This document shows positions 38,670-52,531 of a stretch of DNA of 64,000 nucleotides, in pieces. The notes under the pieces were generated by a model that saw only the letters and a list, made by a program, of their open reading frames with translations, searched no databases and was not told where the DNA came from. Location: the NCBI RefSeq assembly GCF_020745735.1, contig NC_083440.1:13441138-13505137 (forward strand). Reading direction: 5' to 3'. Numbering within the stretch: position 1 is the first letter of the stretch; each line of letters starts with the position of its first letter. Origin of the DNA: Hemiscyllium ocellatum (lineage: Eukaryota). The position numbers and the translations under genes were made by a program.

Positions 38670-41600
38670 AACGGGCGATAGAGATAGTGAAAAATAAACA
38701 GATCTTAGAGACCTAGAGTGACAGACAACTAATGTTCCAAAAATTAAGAACAGAGGGCACTTCTATCTGCTGGATGAAGTCTTATGGATTAGGATGAGAC
38801 AGAGAGTGATGATCTCTGTCAAGCCGAATATTCTGAGTCATCCAAACATGCAGGGCTTGTATTCTAAAACTGAATAAAGAAATATATTGATTGTACTTGG
38901 CGCAGTGCCAGTCTTATTTGCTACCTGCTTGTAATGAGAATGTGGCTGTTTTCCTGAACGCAGTGTTAGTTTGTATTATTAGTCATCATCAAGCCAAGCG
39001 GAGCAGATACCTTCGTGCAAATGAAGAAAACAATTTGCACGATAACGCAGTGAAGAATTGCAAAGGAATTTGAAAAGTTGGGCAATAAGAAGGTGATTCT
39101 ATTTGTTAGTATAGAATGCAATGGGGATCATAGCTCACACAAGTATAAACAATGGTTTTAACAGGTGCTGGCGGGGCAATTGCTTTGACCAGAGAGTGAT
39201 GAGAAACTGAACTTCTCCCTAAGGGCTGTGACTACATATTCTTTACTCATCAGGTTGGGTAGGGCAAGATAGGCTACATTTTATTATTTCTCCCTACCTG
39301 CCATGAGGAAGGTTTTTTTTAGCTTTCTTCTTAACCCAGCGGACTCTTTGGTAGAGAAGAAAACGCAGCAAGCTGCAGGGAATAGCGACAAAGATTTTGA
39401 AGAAATGAGAATGAAGGAATGATTGTGTTGTTCCAAGTCAGGAACGGGCATGACTTGAAGTAGAACATCAATTGGGTTTATTTGCACTAAGCTGTAGCCA
39501 AAGTAACATAGTATCTCTATGGTTAGCTCTGCTTTTGAAAGCACGAGAGATCCAGATTCAATCCTAACCTAAGGTGATGCTCTGTATGGGATTGTTATGT
39601 TCGCACCCTGTCTGTTCAGTTTGCCCTCTGAATGCTCTGATTTCCTCTGACAATCCAAAACGGACAGCATGAGTGGATTAATCACCCTGCATTGTCTCAT
39701 AGTGCAGAAGGGTGTGCTGGCTGGTGGATTAGGCATGGAAAATGCAGGATGACAGCTTGGGGATGTCTGGGTGTGATTCCCTTTCGAAGGTTGACGAACA
39801 CTTGATAGTCTGAACGGCGTCTTCCTACATTGTAGGCAATTTTATAGTGTTCTGCTGATCGAGAATTCGGGTTTGGAAAATGTCAGACCAGTTTTTGGTG
39901 AATTACCTGCAATGCATCTTGTCCATGGCACACAGGTCTAACACAGTGCTTAGGAGGGGAAGGAAGCAAATGTTAATAGTGATGGATAATGTTGTAATCA
40001 AGCTGGATTCTTTGCCTTAAGAGGTCTCAAGGTTCGATATTGCTACTCTAGCTGCAATCATTCTCCGAAATATTGTAATAGAATCCTAACGGTTGCCATG
40101 TGGCAACGAAAAATATAGTCACGCATTCTGGGATTCCAAACCCATAGCAATTTCTTAAGAAACTCAGCAGACCTGGTGGCATCTGTGGAGAGAAATAAAA
40201 TAACTTCGAGTCTCGTGATCTTTTATTAGAAGTGACTTTAGGGCATGGTGGCAATTGTGTTGTTGATGTGGGAGGAAGGAGGGGCGGGTGGGAAGATAGG
40301 GGTAGTTAATCCAGCATGTGGAGGTGTAACCCACAGCGAGAGAGGCAACCAAAGCCACTGCTGACCTTAACCCAAGGGAGGGAAAAGAGCTGGGTAGCGT
40401 CAAAACAAGAAATGCAAATGATTTATAATAGGTTGGCTTGGTGGGAGCAAGCATCAATGGGAGATTTTCGTACTGACAATTCAATGAACGGTGAACTGGA
40501 TCAGTGTTTACAATCTATACTAATGAAGTGAATGAATATACAGACAATTCTGGATCCAGTTGTTCAATGGTACAAGGCTGTTTGCAAAAGAGAATTACAG
40601 GCTAGGCATAAAGAGACAGAGATATATGGTAGATTTAATGAATGGGCTCAAACACAGCAGAGGAGTAAAACAGTGTGTGGTATACTTTTATAGAGTCCTA
40701 ATGTCATACAGAACGGTAACAGACCCTTCAGTCGAAATCATCCATGCCGATCAGGTTTCCAAAACATTTACTTGAATTTTGCCCATATCTCTCTAAACAA
40801 GTCATATTCATGTACCTGTCCAAACGTCTGTTTTAAATAACGTAACTAATATTGCTCAAAATAATACAGAAGCATAATGTTTTTGAAAATGTAGAAAACA
40901 TATTAATGTTTATCGTCAAAGCAAGGTCGAAATGCTTAGGCAAGGATAGTAAAACATCTTTGCACAAAATATTAGATGCAGCATGTTTCATGAATAGAGG
41001 TCATGATTGCAGAATTAGCTAAAATATACAGGCTCATGATCATACCACATCTAAAATACTGTGCACGGGTTTGAGTGTTAGAATAGAATATTCTTATATT
41101 TGAGGTGATACAGAAAGATAACTAACTTGGTACTTCAGATAAGGAGGCATTCACTTAATGAATGGCTTAGCAAATTGGGGCAAGATTCTCTGGTGCTTAG
41201 AAAAGTGACAGTTCATTTGGGATATACATTATCCTGAAGTAGCTATTAGGGTTCGTCTGTTACAAACTATTTCTGCTAATTTAAGAAGCTAAAACATGAA
41301 GAAAAGGTCATAGGTGAAAGAGGGAGATTTTAAGGGATTGTATATTGAAGACTGGGAGAGCAAATGCTTCACTCAAAATTGGTAACTGTGAATCAAACAG
41401 CATAAGAAGCAAGTGGCAGATGGAACTAAATGATCCCACAGTCACGGTGCCGATCTAAGCCCTACAGTTCTGTCACATCCTGTTGGGAATGGCGGTGAGT
41501 AATTCAACAACTCACTGGAAAAAGAGGCATCATAAATTTCTTGTTCTCAATATTGGGGGAGTTAAGCACAACAGTGCAAAAAGGAAGAAAACAGGAGTTT

Positions 41601-41889
41601 CTGGAGGAACTGGGCAGTATTATTTCTGATGAAAAGTTACTGGACCGAAAATGTTGACTCTCCCCAGATGCTGTGGGACCTGCTGATTTCTCCAGACTTT
41701 TCTGTTCTTGTTTCAGATTTCCAACGTACACAATTCTTTTATTGTATTTTACTGCAAAAGATACGGCTGCAGGCCGCAGAAATCTTCAATCTAATGTGCT
41801 GAGTGGACAAAGCCTCTCAGTGTATTCTGAAAGAGCCGAAATATCATTTTCAGCTGTTCCAATTCGCTTCATGTAACACTGCATATTAC

Positions 41890-42180
41890 CATGACTGTAA
41901 GTCATGAGAACATTCGGAGACTATCACTGGAGACATGCATTCCAGAAGTTGTCGCATTCCAGTCCAACTGCAAAACTGGCACCTTCCTGGCCCTGAAAAA
42001 AATTGCCCATGTATATCTTGTCAATGAAAAGCTGGACAAACCTAACCCATTCAATTGCACTACCACAAGTCTACTCTTAGTCATCAGTAAAATGATGAAA
42101 AAGGTCAACAACAGTGCTGTCAAGCAATACACCCTTATCAACAACATATTCATCAACATCAGTTTGCTTCTGACCGGATG
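41890..42180 (+). mobile_element. Non-LTR retrotransposon RT fragment (family distinct from the CR1 copies)
   Basis: LETCIPE...KKIAHVYLVNEKLDKPNPFNCTTTSLLLVISKMMK resembles LINE RT (LKTCAPEL...KIAQVCPVHKKQDKSNPANYRPISLLSIISK). Confidence 0.75.
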
Positions 42181-44130
42181 AAAATAAATTGTGAATTCTG
42201 TAGCTGAGAATTGCATTATTTCTAATTAAGGAACACAGGGCTCAAATGTTAACTCTGCTTCCTCTGCACAGATACTGCTAAAAATGCTTATTTTCTCTAG
42301 CAATATCTATATTCCATGCTTTGATATGACAGAAAGGGATAGATTTTGTTTTTATTTTCTCTCAAACAGTCAGAGAACTGGCTTTAAGGTTGAGTGAAAG
42401 ACGCAGTTCAACTGTGATCACACTGAACCGTTGAATGGGTCTTGACAAGTAAAACAGTCTATACCTGCCCCTCTTATAATCATAGAATCACAGAGATGTA
42501 CAGCATGGACACAGATCCTTCTGTCCAACTCGGCCAAATTAACCAGATATCCTAACCTAATCTAGTCACATTTGCCAACATTTGGCCCACATCCCTCCAA
42601 ACACTTCCTATTCATATACCCATCCAGATGCCTTTTAAATGATGCAGTTGTACCAGTTTCCACCACTTCCTCTGGCAGTTCATTCCGTACACGCACCACC
42701 TTCTGCCCCTTAAACCCGCTTTATATCTTTCTCCTCTGACATGAGCCTATGCCCTCTAGTTCTGGACTTCCCCACCCTCGCAAAAAGATATTATCTATTT
42801 ATCGTATCCATGACCCCCATAATTTTATAAACCCTATAGGGTCACCCTTCACCCTCTGACGCTCCAGGAAAAAACAGCCTCACCATAACAGTGCATAAAG
42901 TAACGAAAACTGAAATAGTTGGAGAAAGTTAGCAGAATTATTTTGATGAAGAGTTATGGATCAAAAACATTGACTTTCGACAGACACTGTGTCTTACGTT
43001 AAACTGGCTCCAGTGTTATCCTGAGGAATACCAAGCTGCATCACCACAAGTAATCTGCTCTGCGTATTAATATGTACATTCATCATTCACCTACTCCACT
43101 GCGTTGTCTCTACGGAAAATAGAAGTGAGAACATCCCATTCAGGCCTTCAAGCCTGCTCTGTCATTCAATATGATTATGGCTGATCATCCAACTCAGTCC
43201 CCTGATTTCTGACAATCCCCTTTAAACCTGTTAGCTCTAATGACTATATCCAACTACTTCCTATATACAGTCAATGACTTAGCCTTAACCATTTCTGTGG
43301 CACAGAATTCAAAAGATTCATCACTCTTGAAATGAAGAAATTTCTCATCATCTCCCTCATAATTGGATTGTTCTCTCCCATTAGGCTGTGACCCCTGATT
43401 CTGGACTCTCCAGTCATTGGGAGCATTCTTCCTGCATATACCCTATTTAATCTTGATTGATCAACCCTCGTTCCCTAAACGTCCAGTGAATGTAATCCAA
43501 TTAATACAAGTTTTTTCATATATCAGGTCTGCCGAAATTAGCCTCGTACACATGCGTTGCCATTCACTCCATAGCAAGAATAATATTCCTCCGATACTAT
43601 TGTACCTTTTGTATCCATTAATATCTGCTATGGTAGGGGACCTCAAAGCATCTTGTTTATTGCAGTGACACAATGAAATAGGACATTAGTTGTGAAATTT
43701 TCTAGTGGAAGTGTCCCTGTCTCTGAGTCAGGACAACCGAGTTCAAGTACCACATGCATCAGGGATGTGCAGTAGCATTTCTTAATAGGTTAATCAATAA
43801 ATACTTACTACGTAAACTTTCATGAGTTCGTTGATGCCATGGACATCAAATTTACTTTCATAAAAAAGACAGAAAACATTCTTCCCTCTAATGCCTGTTG
43901 CATCAGAACATGTGTATATTTAACCAATTACTTGCGTTTTGGTATTTAAAAAAAGTAATGTCTGTTGTGAACGTTAATACTCTGAGCTACCTTTTCTGGG
44001 TAAGCTTTGACTCTGTCATCCTAACAAACGATGTGAATACGTCATCATTGTTCAAACAAAACAATATTTCGGTCATGTTTTGTTTAGATGAAATAACATT
44101 GAAAAACACATTGCTTTTTAATTACATCTA

Positions 44131-44136
44131 TTTATT
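44131..44136 (-). terminator. Candidate TRBC polyadenylation signal AATAAA
   Basis: First canonical AATAAA I find on the minus strand after the stop codon (about 0.7 kb of 3'UTR); an ATTAAA lies just beyond. The region is AT-rich, so this is not proven. Confidence 0.4.
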
Positions 44137-44852
44137 TCTTCTAAGAAAAGAAAAACAAGGATGAAGGCCGCAGAAATTCACAAACAGGTTGTCAATGCTA
44201 GCTCTATCAAGGATATCTTTTTAGAGATATCTTTATCCCACAATATTGACTAAAATCCCAGAATGTCATTCAAAAACTCATAATTACATTGATGCTTGAA
44301 TGGAAACGAGATAAAATAACAGCTTGTTTTAAAAAAACATTCGAATCACTTTCAATGTTCAACATCTTAATAATATGCACATGATAATACAGAAAGAAAG
44401 AGGAGGGGTATATAAGTTAAAGTTAAGATTTAACACGCAACCGTTTTTTTGTGCCTTGAAAATGCGTAAAGCAAATTCTGACACTAAGAGGACGTTTTTG
44501 CATGATGGATCAAATTGACTTGTGCTATTTAGTGCTTGTATTTAAAGGTTCAAACAATCCAAAAACAAATTGGCTATCACTGAACTATTTGCTGAAATAT
44601 CTTGCATTTCTCAAACCTGAAGCTTATTTATATAATAAAAAACGTAAATACGTGTCAAGATATAGACACCTGAAAGCAGAAAGGGCTCTAATTCTGCTCT
44701 ATCACTTCACAAGACCACATTGTTGAGGGTAATGTCTTGATACATTGCTTGGGCAGCAGACGTAAACAAGAGCAAACCACTGTCTTAGCATTCACAAATT
44801 GCGAACTTCCTCCATCCATGCTGTCTCATGTGTTCCTCCTTCTTCATTGTGT

Positions 44853-44879
44853 TCAGTCAAATCTTTTGCTGCGGGAGAT
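44853..44879 (-). CDS. TRBC: TRBC exon 4 coding part (cytoplasmic tail ISRSKRFD-stop)
   Basis: cttttcatttcatgccag|ATC TCC CGC AGC AAA AGA TTT GAC TGA; phase 0 matches exon 3; short basic tail. Confidence 0.8.
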   Translation of the reverse strand: MSRSKRFD

Positions 44880-47800
44880 CTGGCATGAAATGAAAAGAAC
44901 TGCGTTTGAGTCGTATCGAGAAATAGATAATAATCCTGTACGAAAGGAACAACACACTTTGCATGCACCACTTAGAGTCATAGAGATATACAGCAAGGAA
45001 AAAGACTCTTTGATCCAACTCATCCATGCCAACCAGTTATCCCAACCCAATTTAGTCTCACCTGGCAACACCTGGCTCATATCCATCCAAACCCTTTTAA
45101 ATGTTGTAATTGTACGACCCTCCATCATATCCCCGGCAGCTCATTTCATACATGTGCCACACTCTGAAAGAGTTGCCCCTTAGGCCTCTTTTATATCTTC
45201 CTTTCTCACCCTAAACCTATGCCCTCTAGTTCTCGACTCCTCCACCCTAGGAAAAGGCTTTGTCTATTTATCCTATCCATGCCCCTCATAATTTTATAAA
45301 TCTTTATAAGATCACCTTTCAGCCTCCGACTTCGAAAGACCTTTTCCTGTTCACTGCTCCTTCTTTGTGTCCATGGTTCTGCTCAATCAAGGATTGACCT
45401 TCCACGGATTTTTAAGTGAATATTGCGCCAGTTTAAAGTAATGATTCAGATAGCACATCCCAGAGAATAGCATCTCACAGCTACAAAATAATAGCAGAAT
45501 GCTTCTCTCTGCTCCTATAGCCATTCTGTTCCCTTTACTCCCTGCCCTTCAGCCACAGGGAACGTGTTATCCTCATTTCGAATTTTTTAAAATTTCGTAA
45601 AGTCATAGTCATAGTCAAAGGTTCATACAGCACAGAAATGTATCGTTTGATCGAATTAGTCTGTGCTGACCATAATCTCAAACTAAATTGTTCCCACCTG
45701 ACTGTGCTTGACCCATATCTCTCCAAACATTTGTTATTCATATAGTTATCTAAATGTATGTAAAGCATTGTAACGGTACCCACATCCACCACTTCATCTG
45801 GAAACTCATTCCTCACACTAACCACTCTCTATGTTAAAACAAAATGTCACTCATGTCCTCTTAAATTCTTTCTCCTTTCATCTTTCAAATGTGTCCCCGG
45901 TCTTTCCTTAAGAAGGGCTCATGCCTGAAACATCGATTCTCCTGTGCCTTGAATGCTGCCTGACCTGCTGCGCTTTTCCAGCAACACATTTTCAGCTCTG
46001 ATCTCCAGCATCTGCAGTCCTCACTTTCTCCCGGTCTGCAAAACCCCGTCTTGAGAAAAGCACACTTGCCATTCACCTTACCTATAGTGTGCATGGTTTT
46101 ATAACTCTTTAAATGTCAGCTCTCAATCTCCTGCTTTGCACTGAAAGAAAGACCTTGCCTGCCCAACATTTCCTTATAACCCAAACTGTCTATTCCTGGA
46201 AACATCCGAGTAAATTCCTTCAAATTATTCCACGTCAATAATCCCATTTCTCTAACAGGGAGACCATAACTGGCCAGAGCCCTCCATGACAGACCCCACC
46301 AACGTACTATACAACCTCCACATAATGTCTCAACTCGTACACTCAACGGTCTGTGCAATGAAGACAAACATGCTTTTTCTTTTCTTCACAACCCTATCTG
46401 TATGTGATGCAAACGTCACAGAATTATGTACCTGAACATCTGGGTTCAATGTTCTACAATATTACCAAAGGTCCTGTTTATGTCCTGCCTTGGTTTATTT
46501 TACCAAATTAATTTAGTTCACATTTTTCCAAATTAAACTTCATCTAACACTGTTCAGCACATTGACCCAAATAATCAAATCTCTTTGAAATCTTCACTGC
46601 CCATTGCAACACAATCTTGGTGTCATCCATAAACGTACAAACTCCTTAATCTCGTTGATAAGCTAAATAATTTTAGTTCCTCCAGGCTTTGCAGAAAACT
46701 GAAATTCTATATCGGCGATGCTATTTGAGCATTTGAGTCTTAGATGATTAATATTGTCTATCCTGATATTCTATTTCCATATACCAACATTAAATTGCAT
46801 CTGTTGTTCATTTGTCTATTTATCTGTACTATTCCGCGGCAGATAAGAGAGAGAGTACTGCTGCACTGTGACAATACTTCTCCCTGCTACAAACGAATAG
46901 AGTCATCACTTCAAACTCGCCAATTGTCATAGCAATAGCCAACATGTGTTGCAATAACCAACACGAATCATAAAAAAATAACGCCCAATTCCAGGACAAG
47001 TAGCATTGTTCAACAACGAAAAGTCTTTAATATCTGATAAATGTTAATAAGTGACTCAAAAAGAAAGATAATCAAGATCGAAATTTATTCTCATGGGCAT
47101 TGATTTCTGCAGTGGTATCACAAAATTGAGAATATAATGAAATGTGTCTTAAAAAATTCATTTACAGGTTATGAGTATCATGAGCTACATCAATATTTAT
47201 TGCCTATATGTATTTGTCCAGAAGGCAGTTTAGAGTCAACCATATTGCTATGCATCTGAAGTCACATGTGGTCCAGACCAGGTTAGGACAGACATTTCCT
47301 TCCTTCAAGGGCATTAATAATCCAGATTTGTTTTCTCCAACAAATAACAATGATTTCATAGTTATGAAAAAACACTCTTCATCCAAGATTAATTTGCAAA
47401 ATGAATTCAAACTCCACCATCTGCCACACCAGGACTTGAATACAGATTCAGCGGACATTCCCTGAAACTCTAAAGTAAGAGCTTAGCAGTAATACCACAA
47501 GACTAACATTTCCCCAACTCCGATACTTTTAACCAACAGAACGCCACCAGGACAAGTGGCTAGATATTGATTAGCTGCAACTTATACCTATGAATTACAT
47601 GAATGGACTCAAAATAATGCAGCTACACTTCTGATGCTGTAAAGCAAGCTTGGATACCTAGCTGGGTCCAAAAACTTAGCAAAACGGAGACAAACTGTAA
47701 TATTTGATAAGACAGAACATTATGAAGAGAATTGTGAAACTTGCTACTTTGGCCAAAATAAATTATATTTTTCAGAAAGTTGGGAGCAACAACTGACTGC

Positions 47801-49158
47801 TTGATGATTCTGGTCAGTTTCTTTTCACACGAATAACAGAAAGTTAAACTGTATTTCTCGGTGTGATGTCCCTGGTGATGATGCTGTGAATTATGCTGGA
47901 GATGGTAATCTCATTACAATTAAATGGCCTGTGAGGCCTCTTCAGTGATGGGCCGAATTCCTCACGTTTTGTCTGGAAGCACAGGTAGACAAGCTTATAT
48001 AAAAAGAGCGGATTTCCTTGTAAAAACAGCCATGGAATTCTATAAAAATTAATGGCTTTTTCATTCTACCATTACAGAGGCTAGCTTTGAATTATGCATT
48101 ATTTACAAAGATCAAATGGCAGTACAACAACGGAAGAACCCCTTTGGTCCACCAAGACTGTGCTAACACGCGATACATTTCTAAACTAAAACCTTTCTTG
48201 CCTTTGTGTGGCCGGTCTCCATTTTTTACCCTGCCTATTTATATATCTGTCAAAAATTCTCATAAGAGCTGCTCGTGTATTTGCCGCCACCACCTCTTCT
48301 GGTAGCATATTCCAGGCACTTACCGCCCTCTATGTAAAACACTTGCCTCTGATATCTCCTTCAAACTTGCCTCGTTTTACCTTAAACCTATGTTTCACCC
48401 TAATATTGGCATACATGTATGTGAAAAAGCAAGGAGAATGTGGGGACTGCAGTTGCTGGAGTTTCGAGTCGAAGAGTATGATGCTGGAAAAACAAAACTG
48501 ATAGGGCAGCATTCGATGATTTCTGGTAGTGTGGAGATAGATTTCTACACCATAATGCAATGTGTCCTTACTGAAGTTCTATCTAATCTTTGATTTAATT
48601 CATTGACTGACTACGCTGATGGGATTTGAATGGAATCTGCCTAGTCGGTGACTTATTAACTTTGTTTCATTCCAATTCTTGGAATAGATATTATATTTTG
48701 CTCGACTCTCCTCTCTGCCGCCAGTAGATCTACACACTATTACATCCCAAATGGACGATTCGTTCCCTTTAAATGCTTTGACTGAACCACCCTACATCAT
48801 TTACTCAGGAACGTCGTTCTTTCAAAGATTAACTGAAGTTCCAATCCTCTTTGATTTGTGATTGATTTCTATGTACATCGTAAAATGAAGGAATGACGTG
48901 TGACAATAATGGCAGGAGTCATAAATGGAATAAATTATTCACGTCATAGTAGTTCAATGAATGAGCACGAACTAGCCAATAATATAATTTACATTGGCAG
49001 CTCTTGAATGAACGTGAAATAGATGAAATTTTATGGGAATGCACTTTTGCATAGAAAACCAATGGGTTAATACAATTTATTTTGTTGGATATTTATTCAG
49101 GATCTAACTTTTTTGATATAAAACAGGCTTTTGAGTACTAATGTCAATTTAATCTTAC

Positions 49159-49265
49159 CTTGGACTTCCAAACAATTATTGACACGAACAGTGCATACAA
49201 GATGCTTTTGCAAAACATCATAAGGTACGTCAATTTTGCTGTCCCCATGCTCTGCACTTTGGCTT
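49159..49265 (-). CDS. TRBC: TRBC exon 3 (transmembrane; EAKVQSMGTAKLTYLMMFCKSILYALFVSIIVWKSK)
   Basis: cacttcacag| acceptor, AAG|gtaaga donor; 107 nt, phase 1-0. Hydrophobic helix with the CD3-binding Lys and flanking Tyr residues typical of TCR beta/gamma. Confidence 0.93.
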
Positions 49266-51663
49266 CTGTGAAGTGAATGAAACGAAATAGGTTGGTATTC
49301 CTCTTTACTGACAGGTTAAAAAAACTGCTAAATTTGCTGAAGAGGCACTTTTCCATGTCATGAACCCAGGGTTATGTTGGAATAAGCAGGTTGACATGAT
49401 CCAGTACATAGCAACCATCTTGATTGGTACCACATGCACAAACAACAATTCCCTTCACCACCGGCACTAAGTAAGATTAGTCTGCCCTATATTCAAAATT
49501 CATTGAGGCAATTCATCAGGTACTCTCAGATCGCACCTTAGAAATCACCAACCATTATTATCTGCTAGGAAAAGGACATCAAGTACGTGGAAACACCACC
49601 ACCTTCAATTTCCCTTCCAAGTCATCTGTAGAAATACTGTTCCTTTCCATCACTTGTCACTATATAAAAATCCTGAAAATCCCTCCCTCAGGGGATTGTG
49701 TGTCAACCTCCAGCACATGAACTGCAGCGATTCAAGAAGGCAGATCATCTCTACATTCTCAATAGCGACGAGGCACAGGCAATAAACTTAGACCCAGCAA
49801 CGAAGTCAACATCTCTCAAAACTCAATTTAAAAATGATTGAGGAAAGACTTTGTCTTAGATCCAATGAAGAACTACAGAAATATTTCATGCAGCATTTCC
49901 ACTGTGATAGGACATTATTCCCAACATAATCAGCCAGTTATCCCTCTGGGGCACTCTCAGCAATGGTAAGTTTTACCGCACAGTACAAGACAATGGCTGA
50001 ACTGGAAATTTGAGTGGAAAACCAGTTTGAGGAAGATGAGTAAGATATGCGCCGTAATGTGTCATGGGGTCAAAAGTATTTGAGTTCCATAATCGAAATT
50101 GATAGCCTGGAAACAGGGCTCTACGCATGTGTTATCTTTCAGATGGCTGCTTTGTTGTCCACACATATGAAAACTGCAGCAGTACTGGTTCTCTATAGTG
50201 CCTTAGAAAAAAATGTATAAGCCTCAGTAAATATCAATCACAATGATGGGGACAATTAATGCTCTGTTTGAGGGAGATTTCTCAGGCTTTGGCCCCACAG
50301 TGGCTTTTGGTAGATCAGCAAAATAAGCTCATGTTTTGTTTCTTTACTCCCATCGCATTGTTGCTGCAATTAGAAGGTGGCTTGAAGAACTTAGAACTAT
50401 GCTGCTTGGAGAGAAGACGGCTAAAAGGTGATCCAGTGGCGGTTTTTAAAACCAAGACAGGACTGGATAGGATAGGGAAGAATTGTTTCCAATCAGCAGA
50501 TGGATCAGGATGAACATGGGACAAACTGAAACATGACAGAAAATAAACTATTTCGCAATGCCTGTAGTTAGGACACGAGACCATGAACATCGAAGCTGAA
50601 TTAAGTCATTCAGCCTATAAAGTCTGCACTGCCATTCATTCATGGCTCATAAGTTTATCAATACCATTTCTTGCCTTCTCCCCGTGGCACCTGATTCGCG
50701 TGCGATTATGAACTTACCAATCCCTATCTTACATGCACTCATGACGTGGCCTGCAAAACCCCTGTGACAAAGAATTCCACAGAATCACCACTCTGTGGCT
50801 GAAAGAATTCCTCCGAATCTCAGTTCTAAATCATTGTCTTTTAACTTTGAGGCTATAGCCTTGGGTCATAATCTCTCTTATTTGTGAAAACATCTTTTGC
50901 ACGTTCACAATATGTGGGCTTCTCAAGATTCTGTAAGGTTCAAACAGATTTTCTCCCATCCTTCTAATCTTCATCGAGTTGAAACTCAAAGCCCTCAAGC
51001 ATTTCTCATATGACAAGCACTTCATCCCGGGATCATTCAAAGCGCCAATACATTATTTCTGAGATTTGGGACCGAGAACTACTCACAATTTTCCAAACAT
51101 GGTCTGACGAGCGCCTCAGTGGTACAAAGCTGTTTTTGTAGCCTAGCCAGCTTGATATGAATGCGATCATATAATTTACCTTCCTAACGGCTAAATGAAT
51201 CTGCATGTTAACCTTAGGACAGTCCTGAACTGGAATTCCAAAATTGTTTTATTCTTTCGATTTCCTCAACCTTTCCCTGTTTATAAAATCGTTACACCTA
51301 TATTCTTCTTGCTTAAGTGTACTATCTCACACACATTAAATATTCCATTCGAGCTGCTAGTTCTTTGCCGTCTCCAAGCCTGGTAGAGAACCACTGCAGC
51401 TTCCATGCTTCTTCAACATGACATCTAGCTGTGGAAATGTGGTGGAGACAGGCTTAATTGAGTCTTTGCAAAGGGTATTAGATGTGCATTCTGAGAAAAA
51501 TGGCATTTAAGGCCCTGATATCCAAACAGAACAACCCTAGATTCTCCACCTCAACATTCCAGCTAACATCACACACACCCAGAGCGATCTGAGAAACCGT
51601 ATAGACAGATCAAAGACTTTACATCACAGATCACAAGCAGGTAGAAGTAATTTTGAGGCTCAC

Positions 51664-51684
51664 CTTTACTCATGCCACAGATTT
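51664..51684 (-). CDS. TRBC: TRBC exon 2 (connecting peptide/hinge, EICGMSK, interchain Cys)
   Basis: tttctttcag|AAATCTGTGGCATGAGTAAAG|gtgagc; 21 nt, phase 1-1, joins exons 1 and 3 in frame. Confidence 0.9.
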
Positions 51685-52189
51685 CTGAAAGAAATGAGAT
51701 ATACAAGCAATTAACGACTGAATGTAGAATCAGAAAAGTATACAATGTTGTCGAGTCCCTTCGGTTCATCTTTTCTGTACTTCAAAAAAAAACTAATACC
51801 TACACATTCGCACTTTCTATTTCTTTTTTCTCTTTCATTGTGTCTCTGCATCTTTCCTGCCTTTAAAAACATACATTCATTACAATTCACTATGCCCAGT
51901 TGAATTGTGGCTGGGATATTTTTTGCAATCATCATATTAAAGGAAATTGAGAGTTGGAGGATGCATTGGCTTTGATATGCTGTGACTGTTGTAACTTTTC
52001 TTAAATATACACAATGGATATACTATAATATTTTTATTGTGTCCAGTTTATTGCAATAATAACACTGAATTAATGAATGGTGGGCTTGATCTGCATTTCA
52101 TTTAAAAGAGCATCCAAGTACTCCAAATTCAAGTTATTGCTTTTTTGGAGTCCAAAGTGTAGCATTTTGTTTCCTAATAATTAACATAC

Positions 52190-52531
52190 CAGCATTGACT
52201 TCAAACTTTGACGTGTACAAAGTAGGGTCCGATCCATTTGCATAATGATGAACTCTGCATTCAACGTTCTTCATCTTGACCCATTCTTCATCAACGAATC
52301 TTATCCGACTGCTGACATTGTAAGATTTGCCCCCTTCCTCTGCGACTGATTCGGGGTCTGACAGAATTTTAGTTTCATTTTCCTCCTTCTTACCATCGAC
52401 ATACCAGTGGATCTGGATGTTGTCGGGGTAAAAATCATTAACAAGGCACACCACTGTCGCTTTTCCTTTCTCTCTCAGCTCTGCTGGTGACGGTTTGAAA
52501 ATCGTGATTTTGGGCCCTCGAACCGGGTGCT
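52190..52531 (-). CDS. TRBC: TCR beta constant region exon 1 (Ig C1-set domain)
   Basis: Acceptor tgcag|AG at 52532/52531, donor G|gtatgt at 52190; 342 nt, phase 1-1, open. Translation (E)HPVRGPKITIFKPSPAELREKGKATVVCLVNDFYPDNIQIHWYVDGK...SYNVSSRIRFVDEEWVKMKNVECRVHHY...FEVNA has both C1 cysteines and the Trp. It resembles TRBC (VFEPSEAEI...KATLVCLATGFYPD). Confidence 0.95.
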
